A stretch of DNA of 64,000 bases from Glaucostegus cemiculus (taxonomy: Eukaryota). The position numbers and the translations under genes are program-made. The notes beneath the pieces are model-generated. The model was not told the origin of the DNA. It saw only the letters and a list, made by a program, of their open reading frames with translations, and did no database searches. Within the stretch, counting starts at the first letter, position 1. Every line of letters begins with the position of its first letter. The stretch is taken from positions 9,424,001 to 9,488,000 of the forward strand of contig CDPCPM010000239.1 of assembly GCA_976551045.1 (NCBI GenBank). The letters run 5' to 3'. Shown here in pieces: positions 62,479 through 64,000 of the stretch.

Positions 62479-64000
62479 CCACTTATTAAAGTGAATGGAA
62501 CATACAACTGCGAAACAGAATGTGTGGTAGCTTTTAAACTAGTGACTGAGATGCAGCTTAAGGTGAATCACCAACTGTATCAAGAAGTGCAAACCAGAAT
62601 GTGGCCTCCCACGCATCTTTCATTTCCTAGATGCAAAGTTAGTAAATTCCTTCCCTAAATATCTCCACCTCTATCCCTCTCTCTCCTCTAGTGCTTGCAA
62701 CATTTTCTTACAAAGCACAATGCCAAATTTTTAATTCATAGTGCTGTGAAATATCATGGAACATTTTAATACGTTAAACACACCGTGCTTTCAGACAATT
62801 GCAGGGCACGAGGTAGTTAAAGAGTTACAGAAAAGGGGAAGGGGTATGAAGATAAGGAAGAGAACTTTGAAATTGAGGTAATGGGGAACTGGGAAGCAAT
62901 GTAGGTCAATAGATGCAGGGTTGATGGTTCAACAGGACAGCATGAATTCGGATATAACAGTTTCAGAAGTGCTTGAGATATAGGGTGCATTCAAAGAATG
63001 AGCATTCCACAGCCTTGCAAGGTAGAAGGGAACTCATTTCGAGAATTAAGCACAGAATGCAGCACTCTTCCAGCTGTAGCTAATTTATAAAATATCACAC
63101 TGCCAAAAAAAACTCTATTCTGTGCAATGTGATGTACAGCCAGGCTTACACAAGGTGGCACATCAGTGTTGTGTTTTAGCTCCTAGCAGTCGAAATGGAC
63201 TCACCAATTTCAAATGTGCAGTGAAGGTCTGGAAAATGACACAGGCATTCTGGATTAAAATCCACTTTTTGGATCTTCTCAGTTAAGTTAATGGAATGTC
63301 TGATTTTCAACGTCTTGTTCACTGAATCTCAGATATAGAAATAAGGAGATGTTGAGACAGAAAGGAGACTGTGTGTGTGTAGCAGAATAGTCAGCAGCCA
63401 GTGGATATAGATTAAAGGTGATTAATTGATGAGGATAATATTTTTATATACATCGTGGTGTTACACCAAGAAGGGTCTAGAAAATAAATTAGGAGGCTAT
63501 ATTCAAAATGTAATTACATTTTTTGAAATGTTTTTCTTTCAATATTTGAAAGAAAAATATACAGGGCTTTGGAAAGAGAGTAGATTGCAAATGATTGACA
63601 AGCTCTGCTAAAGAGTCAGTACAGCCACTATTGTGTGAATGACCACAATAATTATTCTACAGTTCTGTGAAAGGAGTATCTAACTATGATTTTACTTATA
63701 TATATTTTGTGAAGTGATTTTAGATTTGAATTACGTGGTGCTTGTGGGAGGAGTATATCAGTATCTTCAGAATCCATGGGGTGGCAGTACTAGGAACAGT
63801 GAATGTTCAAAAGACAAAGCAAATGATTTGATATTGATATTGGTTTTAGTTAGATTGGGCAACGTGGAACCTTTGGTAGTGATTTTGTAGATCAGAGACA
63901 TTGCCCAAGTGTGGGCTAGAAATAATGATTCATTTTAATTTGCTGAACAGTGAATCAACAAAAGAATGGATTTATCTGGCAGCTTTGACATCCATTTCAG

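Overview
AT-rich, repeat-dense vertebrate genomic DNA. The repeat families (V-domain SINEs, Deu-domain SINEs, CR1, Rex1/Babar and Penelope-like elements) point to a cartilaginous fish, most likely a shark or ray; this is an inference. Two convergent spliced genes are present. (1) TMEM218 on the + strand is complete, with three coding exons (440-549, 1879-1984, 12762-12896; 116 aa). (2) The 3' half of a PDE9-family cGMP phosphodiesterase lies on the - strand, with nine coding exons from 60474 down to 39969 covering most of the catalytic domain; its 5' exons lie beyond the window. PDE9 next to TMEM218 suggests a whole-genome-duplication paralogue in the SLC37A2/PKNOX2 block that humans lack, not PDE9A itself. 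The rest is mostly retroelement debris. It includes more than a dozen Penelope-type terminal repeats carrying minimal hammerhead-ribozyme cores, several arranged as head-to-head palindromic units with their own TSDs. Also present are two solo LTRs, nested LINE clusters and three near-perfect short palindromes that look like template-switch products. Exon coordinates were counted by hand from splice sites; repeat boundaries are approximate.
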